Shown here one piece after another: positions 32,206 to 42,227 of a stretch of DNA of 64,000 nucleotides. Position numbers and translations under genes: made by a program. Position 1 is the stretch's first letter. Each line of letters starts with the position of its first letter. Source of the DNA: Candidatus Poribacteria bacterium (GTDB lineage Bacteria > Poribacteria > WGA-4E > WGA-3G); contig OZ240248.1 in NCBI GenBank assembly GCA_965198235.1, positions 3,776,001 to 3,840,000 on the forward strand, given 5' to 3'. The notes under the pieces were generated by a model. The model ran no database searches. It was not told the origin of the DNA and saw nothing but the letters and a program-made list of their open reading frames with translations.

Positions 32206-33330
32206 CTATTCGGGTTCCTCGTCTTCATGTCTACCGAGCAGCTTATCCCAGAATCCGCCGTGTTCGCTTTGATGGGATTCTCCTCGAAGTTTCGCAAATT
32301 CTTCTAACGTTTTTCGCTGTTCCGTGTTGAGATGCACTGGTGTCTCAATCTCTACCCTCACGACCAGATCCCCTGAATAGGAGCGTCTGTAATGTGGAAC
32401 CCCTTTGTTAGGGATACGCAGTTGGGCACCGTACTGTGTACCCGGTGGAATATGCAATTCTTCATTTTCATCAATACTATCAACTTCAATTTTCCCACCG
32501 AGGGTGGCTTGGACGAACGAGATTTTGGCGGATGTAATCAGGTCGTTTCGGTCACGTTGGAAACGTTCGTGCGGTTCGACATTGATAACGACAAACAAAT
32601 CACCCGGAGGCGCGCCGTTTACACCCGCTTCGCCTTCACCTCGCAGTTGGTACTTGAAACCTGTATCAACGCCTTTGTCAATATTTAACGGAATGTCGCG
32701 CGTGTTTCGAACAACGCCTCTTCCGCCACAGGGTTGGCAAGGTTCTGTAATAATTGCACCTTCCCCACGACATCTCGGACAAGTTCGCGACATTGTGAAA
32801 AAACCTTGTGATTGGCTGATTTGACCTCTGCCGTAACATTGCGGACACGTTACGGGACTCGTTCCTTTTCTGGCACCACTGCCTTCACATGTGGGGCACG
32901 ATTCAATCCGTGGCACTTGGATTGTGACCTCTTTGCCGTGAATAACGTCTTCCAATGTTACGTCGAGGTTATATTGTAAACTGCGTCCGCGTTTGGGTGT
33001 ACGCTGCGTACCACCGCTGAATCCACCGAAGAGGTCGCCAAAGACATCACCGAAAATGTCGTCAAGGTTCACACCAAAACCGCCGAAGTCGCTCCCCATG
33101 CCCTCCAGTCCTGCGTGCCCGAACCTATCATAACGGTCCCGTTTCTCAGGGTCTCGCAGCACTTCATAAGCCTCTGTGGCTTCTTTGAATTTGTCTTCGG
33201 CGACTTCATCGCCCGGGTTCTTATCCGGATGGAATTGTATGGCGAGTTTGCGATAAGCCTTCTTTATTTCGTCTTCGTCGGCATCACGATTGACGTTCAG
33301 AATCTCATAATAGTCGCGTTTTTGCGTCAT
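32206..33330 (-). CDS. dnaJ: Chaperone DnaJ
   Basis: J-domain HPD, G/F region, four CxxCxGxG repeats. Confidence 0.97.
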   Translation of the reverse strand: MTQKRDYYEILNVNRDADEDEIKKAYRKLAIQFHPDKNPGDEVAEDKFKEATEAYEVLRDPEKRDRYDRFGHAGLEGMGSDFGGFGVNLDDIFGDVFGDLFGGFSGGTQRTPKRGRSLQYNLDVTLEDVIHGKEVTIQVPRIESCPTCEGSGARKGTSPVTCPQCYGRGQISQSQGFFTMSRTCPRCRGEGAIITEPCQPCGGRGVVRNTRDIPLNIDKGVDTGFKYQLRGEGEAGVNGAPPGDLFVVINVEPHERFQRDRNDLITSAKISFVQATLGGKIEVDSIDENEELHIPPGTQYGAQLRIPNKGVPHYRRSYSGDLVVRVEIETPVHLNTEQRKTLEEFAKLRGESHQSEHGGFWDKLLGRHEDEEPE

Positions 33331-33348
33331 ATATTGCCCTTCCTGAGT

Positions 33349-34200
33349 CTATTCAGTAGTGTCAGTAGCATCCGTATCATCCGATACGTCGTCTGATGCT
33401 TCTTCTTCGGCGGGTCCCTGTGAAACGACAACTTGCGAGGCGCGCAAGACACGGGCATGCAACATATAACCACGCCGAAATTCCTCAATAACTTTTCCCT
33501 CGGGTACATCATCCGATGCTGTGACAAGGAGTGCCTCGTGCTGATTTGGATCGAATGTTTCACCAACTGCTTCTATCGGTGTAAGTCCGTGGATTTTGAG
33601 TGCATCTAATAATTGTTTATGGACAAGTTGCACGCCTTCGTTGAAAGTCGTGAAAGTTGGCGAAGCCTCGCTCGTCTCGCCTTGTTCTGCTACGCTTTTG
33701 ATCGCGGCTTCCAGACTGTCCAAGACCGGGATCATCCCTTCTAAAATTCCCTCATTGGCGAATTTGAGCTGCCGTTGATAATCAGCTTGCAAGCGTTTTT
33801 TGGTATTCTCAGCTTCTGCTGCTGTGCGCAGGAGACGATCGCGTTCCGCCTTGTATTCCTCATGTACCTGTTGCACAGCAGTCTCTACCTCTTTTTCGAT
33901 TTCTGTGTGCAATAAGTCTTCACGTTCTGCTTCGTATTGCTCGCGCACCCTTTGTACGATCGCCTCTACTTCTTCTTTGACTTCCGAAGTGAGGTTGGCA
34001 GCCGTTTCTTCGACTGGCGCGATGCGCTCTTCTATCTCCTTTTTCACTTCCGATTTAACTGTATCAAGTGCCGTCTCCGCGATCTCTCGCATCCGTTCGA
34101 CAAGTGTTTTTTCTTTGCCGTCAGTGGTATCGTTATCAGCAGACGCTTCTGTTTCTGTTTCTTCTCCTGTTTCTATGTGTATCTCTTTAACTTCAGGCAT
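33349..34200 (-). CDS. grpE: Nucleotide exchange factor GrpE with extended, internally duplicated N-terminal coiled coil
   Basis: LLRTAAEAEN.KKR, FDPNQHEA, GYMLHARVLRASQVVV. Confidence 0.92.
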   Translation of the reverse strand: MPEVKEIHIETGEETETEASADNDTTDGKEKTLVERMREIAETALDTVKSEVKKEIEERIAPVEETAANLTSEVKEEVEAIVQRVREQYEAEREDLLHTEIEKEVETAVQQVHEEYKAERDRLLRTAAEAENTKKRLQADYQRQLKFANEGILEGMIPVLDSLEAAIKSVAEQGETSEASPTFTTFNEGVQLVHKQLLDALKIHGLTPIEAVGETFDPNQHEALLVTASDDVPEGKVIEEFRRGYMLHARVLRASQVVVSQGPAEEEASDDVSDDTDATDTTE

Positions 34201-34263
34201 AATGAAGTCCTTTTCTCTTTCTATAGGCGTGCTTGGGAATCACGCTTGTTTTAGTAGTCCATT

Positions 34264-35010
34264 TTAGCCGTGAACGGCGTTAGCGAATGCCCTCATCAGT
34301 TCGAGGGATCCGTTTTCTTCAAGAATGTTACCTGTGACGATGAAGTCCGCACCGGCTTCTACCTTTTTAGCGGCAATTTCTGGGGTGCGGATGCCTCCAC
34401 CGACGATTAGCGGGATGCTGATTTGATTTTTCACTGTTGTGATCATCTCTTCTGGGACAGAGTGCACTGCGCCACTTCCTGCCTCCAGATAAACCATCTG
34501 CATGCCGAGATACTCTGCAGCCAATGCATGCGGTCCCGCAATGTCGGGTTTATCGCGTGGGATGGGCATTGTGCCACTCATAAATTCAACAGCGGTTTTG
34601 TTACCGCCTTCAATCAGCATGTAGCCAGTTGGAATGGGTTTAAGCGCGTGACGTTGTATCCACGGTGCCGCTTTGACCTGTTCGCCAATGAGATAGTTCG
34701 GGTTGCGTCCACTTATGAGACTGATATACAGAATCGCATCAGCGTGGGGGGTGAGGTGCATCGAATCGCCCGGAAATAGCACCAGCGGGAGTTCTGTTTC
34801 CTGCTTAAGGGCTTTCGCGATGAGGTGCAAATCGTTCGTTAAAAAACTGCCACCGAGCAAAATTGCGTCTGCACCCGCCTGCTCTATTTCGCGCGCAAGC
34901 TTGATGCATTTTTCAATTTCACACTGCTCCGGATCAATTAGAACGAAATAACCAGCATGGTGCTTTTTCAATACCTCGTGAAAGTAGTTAAGAACCCAAT
35001 TTGATCTCAA
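34264..35010 (-). CDS. Geranylgeranylglyceryl/heptaprenylglyceryl phosphate synthase (group II-like GGGPS)
   Basis: LIDP, LGGS, LFPG, SLISGRNPNYLIGEQV, YLEAGSGA, VGGGIR. Confidence 0.9.
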   Translation of the reverse strand: MRSNWVLNYFHEVLKKHHAGYFVLIDPEQCEIEKCIKLAREIEQAGADAILLGGSFLTNDLHLIAKALKQETELPLVLFPGDSMHLTPHADAILYISLISGRNPNYLIGEQVKAAPWIQRHALKPIPTGYMLIEGGNKTAVEFMSGTMPIPRDKPDIAGPHALAAEYLGMQMVYLEAGSGAVHSVPEEMITTVKNQISIPLIVGGGIRTPEIAAKKVEAGADFIVTGNILEENGSLELMRAFANAVHG

Positions 35011-35129
35011 ATGCGATTTTCCTTCTGTGCCTATGATAAATCTCGGTTTGAATGCTATGCCCTTTCTGATATTGCGGATTTATGGAGCGCCAGTTATTTT
35101 AAGAATTCTATCATATTTATGGCGATTTG

Positions 35130-36350
35130 TCAAATTCTGTGTTGTCGCGTGAGTTCATAAAGTAGAACACCCGCGGCGACTCCTACGTTGAGTGATGATT
35201 GCCCTGATGCCATAGGGATGCAAACTAATTCCGTGCAGCAGTCACGTGCATCAGCGGAGAGACCTGTATTCTCATTACCTACGACGATAGCCGTGGGTCG
35301 TGTAAATTCCATTTCATGCAGTTGGTTTTTGGCACTTGCTGTGGCACCCAGCACTTGCCAACCTGAGGCACGGAGTACATCAATCGCATCACCGATGTCT
35401 GGTATGTAGAATAAGGGTAAACGACCAACTGCCCCGCGGGAAGCACGGATGCAGTTTTTATGAAAAGGGCTTGCACCTCCACCGCTCAATAGGACGGCGG
35501 TGACTCCTGCCGCGTCTGCTGTCCGTAGCGTCATTCCAAGATTATCAGGATTTCCAATGTTCTCTGCGATGAGTAATATACATCTCGGACTAAAGTGAAA
35601 ATTGAGACTTCCGGACTCCGAAAGGAAGTTGGGGTAGCTGAGATGAACCGAAGCGATTATAGATGGCACGGGTCGCGTCGTCGTAATTGAACCCATCACG
35701 CCATCGTTCACTTGATAAGAGGATAGGTTTTCTGCCGCTGCACGTTTGAGCAAAGCTCTCCCTTCGAGTGTCGCCACAAATCCTGTCGTATGGAGAAGTA
35801 TTTCGATCGGAAGTCCGTCTTCCACTGCTCGTTCTACTATCAGATGTCCTTCGATGATAAATTGGGAGTGTTCAAGTTTCCCTTTCAAAGAGGCTAATTT
35901 GCGAATATGCGAAGCTATTGTGTCCTTCCGTTTTGAGACAGTTCGTTGTTCTGCGTTTGTGCTGCTGCCGCGTTTGATACCCCGATAGAAAGAACCCGTA
36001 CCTGTCTGAACCACGCTCCCCTCTAAAACGTCGTGGATTCTGTTTTCTATCCACTTTTCGCTAAAATGAAATAGACCTGTGTATCGCCTCGGAAAAGCGA
36101 TGAGTAGTTCTCTCAAGCTCCGTTCAGTTGTCGTTGTGAGATGAACTCGGTAGTTACTGTCAGATGTGTCCTCCGGTTCTAACAACATAACCCCATCAAG
36201 CTGCTGCCAGCCTGTAACAAATACCTCGTATGCAGGGTGCCATGTGCCCGTTTTGCAGAAGGTATAATACGCCTGCTTAAAACGGGAAACGGCATCTGCA
36301 TCCAAGCTCTCTTTCTCCAAGAAAGCAATAACCTTATCGTAGTTTATCAT
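35130..36350 (-). CDS. TrmH/SpoU RNA methyltransferase with N-terminal extension
   Basis: NPDNLGMTLRTADAAG, VGNENTGL, IPM...SLNVGVAAG; ATG overlaps upstream stop (ATGA). Confidence 0.88.
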   Translation of the reverse strand: MINYDKVIAFLEKESLDADAVSRFKQAYYTFCKTGTWHPAYEVFVTGWQQLDGVMLLEPEDTSDSNYRVHLTTTTERSLRELLIAFPRRYTGLFHFSEKWIENRIHDVLEGSVVQTGTGSFYRGIKRGSSTNAEQRTVSKRKDTIASHIRKLASLKGKLEHSQFIIEGHLIVERAVEDGLPIEILLHTTGFVATLEGRALLKRAAAENLSSYQVNDGVMGSITTTRPVPSIIASVHLSYPNFLSESGSLNFHFSPRCILLIAENIGNPDNLGMTLRTADAAGVTAVLLSGGGASPFHKNCIRASRGAVGRLPLFYIPDIGDAIDVLRASGWQVLGATASAKNQLHEMEFTRPTAIVVGNENTGLSADARDCCTELVCIPMASGQSSLNVGVAAGVLLYELTRQHRI

Positions 36351-37195
36351 AGAAACGTTCCGAGATAGATTGCGCCGAGTCCGACGAATATATCCCACTT
36401 CATCCAACGTTGAATGGACGCACAACTTTCTCTGGAGGCATCTTGACACAGACGAATTGCCAAACCGATTAGCACCACATCAACACCGATTAAGACGACA
36501 AGCAAGTAGTGCCATGAATACCAACCGAATAAATATGGAATGGGGCTAAACAGAATAACAGATGCCATGAAACCAATGGCTGTCCGGACTGCAATCCGTG
36601 GATTGAGCGTAGCAAGCGTTTTCGCGTTATTTTTCAGGTCCCCTTCTGTGTCCTCAAGGTCTTTGACGATTTCCCGCGCTGTCGTGAACAAAAAGGCGAA
36701 GATTGCTGGAATGAGTGTGCCTTGCACTGAATCTATCGCTACACCGCCAGCAATGAAGGTTAAACCCGTTAATCCGCTGACGACTAAATTGCCGACAAAA
36801 GGGGTGCGTTTCAACCAGAAAGCATAGCTTACAAGTGCAACGAACACAAAGATGGCAATACCTGTAGCATTTCTATTAATAAGAGCCCCCAACCAGATGC
36901 CGATTACGGTAAGTACTATCGCAAAAATTAGTGCATCGGTACGCCGAATGCGTCCAGAAGGTAGCGGGCGCCGCGGGCGATTGATTCGGTCAATGTTGTA
37001 ATCACAGTAATCGTTTATGGCGTTTCCTGCGGAAAGCAAGACAAGCGCGGAGACAGAAACCAACAGAAGTCGGATATTGGCAAGGTTTTCCATGTTCCCT
37101 TGGCTGGCAAACATCCCACCGAGCCATGCAGAGATGAAGGCGATAATTCCGTTAAGTGGACGCGCCAACTCAAGATACGCGATCAATGTCTTCAT
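36347..37195 (-). CDS. UbiA-family digeranylgeranylglyceryl phosphate synthase (DGGGPS-like)
   Basis: LELARPLN, AGNAINDYCDYNIDRINRPRRPLPSGRI, AREIVKDLEDTEGD. Confidence 0.85.
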   Translation of the reverse strand: MKTLIAYLELARPLNGIIAFISAWLGGMFASQGNMENLANIRLLLVSVSALVLLSAGNAINDYCDYNIDRINRPRRPLPSGRIRRTDALIFAIVLTVIGIWLGALINRNATGIAIFVFVALVSYAFWLKRTPFVGNLVVSGLTGLTFIAGGVAIDSVQGTLIPAIFAFLFTTAREIVKDLEDTEGDLKNNAKTLATLNPRIAVRTAIGFMASVILFSPIPYLFGWYSWHYLLVVLIGVDVVLIGLAIRLCQDASRESCASIQRWMKWDIFVGLGAIYLGTFL

Positions 37196-37405
37196 TGTTT
37201 GTGATCGGGACCGTTGAATGATAATCTGTTAGGGGTAACGGATACTGAAGCGCGTTCCATAATACCAGCGTACGGATTGCAATATTGCTTGGACCAGAGG
37301 AGGTACAGTGGAAAAAGAACGCCTGTGCAGAAACCGGATGCGTTGGCGTACAAGTCGAGATGGGTCTTCCCTTTAGATGAAAGAGGTAGGGGCATTCAGT
37401 TCTTC

Positions 37406-37623
37406 TGTAGGAGGGAACTCCGATTCCCGACACTATTGGAAACCATCGGCTATTTTACTGACGACTGACCGCTGACTGCTGATGGCTATTCTGTAGGAGG
37501 GGGGAAATCCGCAGGGAAATCCGCAGAAATACCCAAGCAAAAACACCCCTATCAAAAACCCCAAGCAATCCGCAGAAATACCCAAGCAAAAACACCCCTA
37601 TCAAAAACACTCCGATTTCCGAC
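37406..37623 (+). repeat. Two REP copies (GTAGGAGGG..CTCCGATT[CT]CCGAC): first intact (37407-37431), second (37493-37623) expanded by tandem modules
   Basis: Direct comparison of the two copies; repeat CCGCAGAAATACCCAAGCAAAAACACCCCTATCAAAAAC occurs twice. Confidence 0.8.
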
Positions 37624-37853
37624 TCCTCTCGCAAATCAAGGAAAATCGCGAAAACTATGGTGAATCCTAAAAATGAATAGACAGTTGCTCAGTGAACCAA
37701 CCGCTCACCCCTGCTGGCGAGGATTGTATCCTCGCCTCCCCGCAATGTCCAAGTAATTGTGGGTTTTACCATAAATGACCCTAAAAAGAGGCGCATAGAG
37801 TAGACAAATCCGAGTGTGACTGATAGTGAGACACCCCGTTTCCGGTAATATGC

Positions 37854-38906
37854 CTACGATTCATCCTTCAGTTCTTGAATTTTCGCTTCCAGTTCCGCAA
37901 CCCGTTTTTGGAGTTTAGTGAATTCAGGGAGTAGTTCCGGCAATTTCCGAGTCGCCGCGTGAATTCGTAATTCCTGTTTGTGAGGGCGTGCGGGGAATCC
38001 AGACAGATGACTGCCGGCAGGCATATCCTTTGTAACTGCGGATTTGGCGTAAACAACACTGTCTTCGCCGAGGGTCAGGTGTCCTGCTGCACCTCCATGC
38101 CCCGCAATGTTCACTCGATCACCGAGCGTCGCGCTGCCAGCGATACCGACTTGTGCGGCGAGGCAGCAATCTTCTCCGATGACAACGTTATGTGCGATTT
38201 GGACGAGATTATCCAATTTGGTGCCGCGTTTGATAAGCGTTTCAGAAAGTGTCGCTCTATCAATGGTAGTATTCGCTCCAATTTCAACATCGTCTTCAAT
38301 GACCACGGTTCCGATTTGGGGAATTTTGTGGTGTCGGTTGCTAACAGGTGCGAATCCGAAGCCGTCGCTGCCAATAACTGCACCGCAGTGGATGATCACC
38401 CGGTTGCCGATGGTTACCTCTTCTCGAATACTGACATGTGGATAGATAAGACCATCAGTGCCGATCTTGGTTCCTTCACCGATGTAGGCAAAGGGCTGAA
38501 TAACGGTATCATCTCCAATCTCAACGTTGTCAGCGATATAAGCAAACGCTTGGATTGAGACGCGCTCACCGAGTTTGACGTTCTTTCCTAAAATTGCAGT
38601 CTCATGAACCCCGGGAAGTGCGCGATGGTTTTTGTCCCACGCGAACATTTCTATAACTTTGACGAAAGCCCAGTAGGGGTTCTCAACACAGATAGTAGGC
38701 TTACCGTTACCGTTGACACCGCGGCCAATAATAATTGCGCCGGCTTGTGTTGTCGCTATGGCAGCGAGGTATTTGGGGTTAGCAACAAAGGTAATCTGAC
38801 TTGGGAGTGCCTCTTTGATTCCAGAAACTCCTGTAATTTCAATATCACCGTTCCCAGAAAGATCGCCGTCCAAGCGTTCACAAATTTCCTTAAGCTTCAT
38901 ACGCAT
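37854..38906 (-). CDS. lpxD: UDP-3-O-acyl-glucosamine N-acyltransferase
   Basis: ITFVANPKY, hexapeptide repeats, GSDGFGF, KIPQIG.V.IEDDVEIGANTTIDR, DNLVQIAHNV. Confidence 0.95.
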   Translation of the reverse strand: MRMKLKEICERLDGDLSGNGDIEITGVSGIKEALPSQITFVANPKYLAAIATTQAGAIIIGRGVNGNGKPTICVENPYWAFVKVIEMFAWDKNHRALPGVHETAILGKNVKLGERVSIQAFAYIADNVEIGDDTVIQPFAYIGEGTKIGTDGLIYPHVSIREEVTIGNRVIIHCGAVIGSDGFGFAPVSNRHHKIPQIGTVVIEDDVEIGANTTIDRATLSETLIKRGTKLDNLVQIAHNVVIGEDCCLAAQVGIAGSATLGDRVNIAGHGGAAGHLTLGEDSVVYAKSAVTKDMPAGSHLSGFPARPHKQELRIHAATRKLPELLPEFTKLQKRVAELEAKIQELKDES

Positions 38907-38991
38907 TTAGCCTTAATCCTTTCTCCGTAGATGTGAATGGTTATTCGGGGTTACAAACCCCTCCCACAACTGGAGTTTAGGCAGTGTAGCG

Positions 38992-39537
38992 TTATTCGGA
39001 GTTTTCGTTCATCAAGCCGATTAACTGTTGTGTCAAATCATATTCCTTTTTCACATAAAGTGTGATGAGTCGTTTTTCGAGGATGATGTCAAAATCTTCG
39101 GACTCACCGACTTTGACAATCAGTTCTTGAAGGCTGTTGTAAATCGGTTCCATTAACTCTTGCTCTTTTTCAAGCAGTGCTTGCTGGCCGATTTCGACAT
39201 CACGTTGGTATTCCTGCTGTTTGAGACGAATTTCGTTTTCCAAATCCGCGGTCTGTGCTTTTTCAACGAAGAGTTCTGTTTTCGCCTTCTTTTCCTGCAG
39301 TGCTCTGATATCGTCTCCTAACTGCTGCAACTTCGTTTTCAGGCGTTCGCTTGCCGCTTGGAGCAGTTCGGTTGCATCCGTCGCTTTTTGGGATCCTTCT
39401 AAAACCTGTTGTGTGTTTACGACACCGATTTTGAAAGATTCCTGCCCGATACTTCCCGTACTGAAACAGAAAACTGTGAGACCGATAATTAATAGAATTA
39501 GGTGTGCTTGGCAAGCACCCAACCGAAATGGTTTCAT
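38992..39537 (-). CDS. skp: OmpH/Skp periplasmic chaperone
   Basis: KIGVVN.QQV, coiled coil, FDIILE...YDLT; between bamA and lpxD. Confidence 0.85.
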   Translation of the reverse strand: MKPFRLGACQAHLILLIIGLTVFCFSTGSIGQESFKIGVVNTQQVLEGSQKATDATELLQAASERLKTKLQQLGDDIRALQEKKAKTELFVEKAQTADLENEIRLKQQEYQRDVEIGQQALLEKEQELMEPIYNSLQELIVKVGESEDFDIILEKRLITLYVKKEYDLTQQLIGLMNENSE

Positions 39538-39713
39538 AATTTGAATCCTTACTTTGTCATATAGATGGCAAGCAAATTTCAAGAGTTTGTTGTTACACGC
39601 TGACACAGCGAGCAAAAATAAAAATTATACTTGCCGTGAAAAAAGATCTGCACCTGGATGCTAATAATGTGTGCTGTTAGTACTTTCAATACCTGCCAGT
39701 GCAGGACGTTGTT

Positions 39714-42164
39714 TTAGAAGCCCGGACCAACCGTGAAATGGAATTTGCCAGCGGGTTCGCCGCTGACGCGATCCAAGCCATATCCCCAACCTAATCGAAC
39801 TAACATGCCGAGCATGGTAAACCGAGCCTCAAGACCGAGTCCTTTTTTCATGCTGATTTGGTTGAAGACGTTTGTAGTGCTTTCATCCCATACCTGCCCT
39901 ATGTCAAAAAACAGAGCTGCTGTGAGTTGCTGAGAAATTGGGACACGATACTCAAAGTTTGCAAAGAATACCTTATCACCACCGTACGGATTGATAAAAC
40001 CCGATTCATCTGGATCAGGATAGATTTCCCAATCTTCGTAGCCACGAATGCTATCTACACCACCGAGGAAAAAGCGTTCATAGAACAGGAAGTAAGCATC
40101 GGTGCTTTTACTTCGCATGATACCTGCGCGGCCATGCACGGCGATAACGTGGTTCCACCATCCACTGTAGAACCAACTCGCGTCCGCATAATATTTTTGG
40201 AACTTGTTGTCCGCTCCAAGAATACCACCGGAGTATTCATAAGAAAGTGTATGAAATGAACCCGCTGTTGGGTCAAACAGGGAGGTACGATAATCGCGGG
40301 TGTCCCTTCCGAGAGCGAACAGAATACTTCGTGTGGAGCGGTTGTATAACTCCCGATCAGGGTTGTGTGATTCTACATGTTCATTCCGAAAACGCACGGA
40401 CAAATCAATGTCATGTGCGATGGGTCTTCCGAGTGTTAGCGATGCCCCTCGTCTTGCCCAAACGTATCGGTCGTATAAGTAGTTACTCCCTACACGACGG
40501 TTATAGAGAGCACCGATCGTTCCGTAGTAGCGACGGAAGCGGCGGTTGTCGTAAATCCGGGCATTAAGCCGGGTGGGTGTTCCCAAAATCCAAGGTGTGC
40601 CAAAACTGAGTTCAGCTGTGTGGTGATCCCTGGTGCCTAATTCGCCTTTTAAGTGGACCCGATACGCTTGTCCACGAAAGTTATTTTGTCCGACCTCTGC
40701 GACACCGAAGATACCGCCTTCGCTGCCGTATCCACCTCCGAGACTCAGCATTCCTGTTCGCGGTGTTTCCGCGATATTAACTCTTAACTCCTTTCGATTC
40801 TCTTCACCGGTATCACTCGGAACAAAATCAACAGCACGAATAAAAGAACCCATCTGGAACAAACGTTGCCGCGCTTTGCGCAGGGATTTAACATCTAATA
40901 ACTCATCCGACTTGATGTCCAAAAAATCCAACTCACGTTTGACAACGTGTTCTTTCGTTTTTTCTAATCCGGTAATGATTACCTTGTCGATAATTATGAC
41001 ATCTCCTTCGTTGATTTTCAAGGTAATGTCAACCACGCCGTCCACTTCATTGAAAGTCGGAGTCGGTAGGACTTCTGAAAGTAGGTAACCTTTATCGAGA
41101 TAAGCTTGCTGTAACTTTGCGATTGATTCGTCGAAAGTAGCGCGGTTAAAGACCTCACCTTCTGCGGGGTCGAGCATCCCGCGTATCTTTTTTTCAGAAA
41201 AGAGGTTCTTAGCCCCGGCTTCCACTTCAAGTGTATAGGTTCCGATAATAAATTCGGGACCTTCGTCAACAGTAATGTCAAGCATTAAGCCGGTCTTGTC
41301 CTCTGTGAACCGTTTTTCGTAGCCGATGACCTTCACCTGTGCAAAGCCTCGATCCTGATAGTAATTTCGGATGTTCAGAGATAAATCTTCTTCCTCAAAC
41401 AGCATCTGATCGAAGGGTTTCCCGGTGCGGGTTTTGAGTTTTTTCTGGAGTGTATTCACGGAGATATGTGTGTTTCCAATAAAGTTGATTTCCTCAATCC
41501 GCACCCTCGGTCCTTCGTTTATCTCAAACGTGACTTGGACAGTATTCGCCTCTTCGTCTTTATCTCCAAGGTGGGTTTGGATGCTGGCAAGATAGTATCC
41601 CTTTTCGTGATAAAGTTTTTGTAGCGCTCGCTCGCTTTCCCACCGTCGCCGGTCGCCATAAATTTCTGAAGGACGAAGTATAATCTCATTCTTAACTTTG
41701 CCGGTACTCAAATTTTCGTTTCCAATAATGTTAATTCCAGAGATTTTTGGACTTTCGACGACCTTGTAAATAATTTCTAATCCACCGCCTTCAAACGGCT
41801 TCACGTCTACTGTGAGTTCGGAGAAGAAGCCTGTATCTTTGAAGAGGCTTTTCAGATCTTGCGTGAGGAGTTCTTCAGAGACTTCCTGCTCGACCTGCGT
41901 CTGAATAAGGGTACGCAGCATATCTTCGGAGGAAGTTTTCACACCTTCAAAAGAGATTTTCTTGACGAGGAGCCTCGAATCGCTGACGGGTTTGGTAGTG
42001 TTTGCTGTGGTGTCTTTATCAGACTCAGTTCCCACCTGCTGTTCGGTGGTCGTAGCTGCCTGGGGACCAAATACTGGTTTTTCGGTCTCTTCTGCAAAAG
42101 CGGCGATCGCTGCAAGTCCGATGAATAGGCTTATGAGAATAAAAACGTTTTTTGGCGCACTCAT
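39714..42164 (-). CDS. bamA: Outer membrane protein assembly factor BamA
   Basis: POTRA repeats (ISFEG, INIIGN, INFIGN), FFLGG.DSIRGY, C-terminal F. Confidence 0.93.
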   Translation of the reverse strand: MSAPKNVFILISLFIGLAAIAAFAEETEKPVFGPQAATTTEQQVGTESDKDTTANTTKPVSDSRLLVKKISFEGVKTSSEDMLRTLIQTQVEQEVSEELLTQDLKSLFKDTGFFSELTVDVKPFEGGGLEIIYKVVESPKISGINIIGNENLSTGKVKNEIILRPSEIYGDRRRWESERALQKLYHEKGYYLASIQTHLGDKDEEANTVQVTFEINEGPRVRIEEINFIGNTHISVNTLQKKLKTRTGKPFDQMLFEEEDLSLNIRNYYQDRGFAQVKVIGYEKRFTEDKTGLMLDITVDEGPEFIIGTYTLEVEAGAKNLFSEKKIRGMLDPAEGEVFNRATFDESIAKLQQAYLDKGYLLSEVLPTPTFNEVDGVVDITLKINEGDVIIIDKVIITGLEKTKEHVVKRELDFLDIKSDELLDVKSLRKARQRLFQMGSFIRAVDFVPSDTGEENRKELRVNIAETPRTGMLSLGGGYGSEGGIFGVAEVGQNNFRGQAYRVHLKGELGTRDHHTAELSFGTPWILGTPTRLNARIYDNRRFRRYYGTIGALYNRRVGSNYLYDRYVWARRGASLTLGRPIAHDIDLSVRFRNEHVESHNPDRELYNRSTRSILFALGRDTRDYRTSLFDPTAGSFHTLSYEYSGGILGADNKFQKYYADASWFYSGWWNHVIAVHGRAGIMRSKSTDAYFLFYERFFLGGVDSIRGYEDWEIYPDPDESGFINPYGGDKVFFANFEYRVPISQQLTAALFFDIGQVWDESTTNVFNQISMKKGLGLEARFTMLGMLVRLGWGYGLDRVSGEPAGKFHFTVGPGF

Positions 42165-42227
42165 AATTAGATGTCCTCCTGTATGTTGTAGGCTTGCCAC
42201 GCGTTTGTGGCACGGTATATTATACCG

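Noticed and set aside
37192-37395. 67-aa ORF overlapping the DGGGPS start (ATGA)
   Set aside because: No recognisable motif or clear RBS, and it begins next to a REP; cannot be supported, though translational coupling is not excluded.
37493-37623. Possible CRISPR array
   Set aside because: Repeats abut or are separated by sub-words of the repeat itself; there are no unique spacers and no cas genes.
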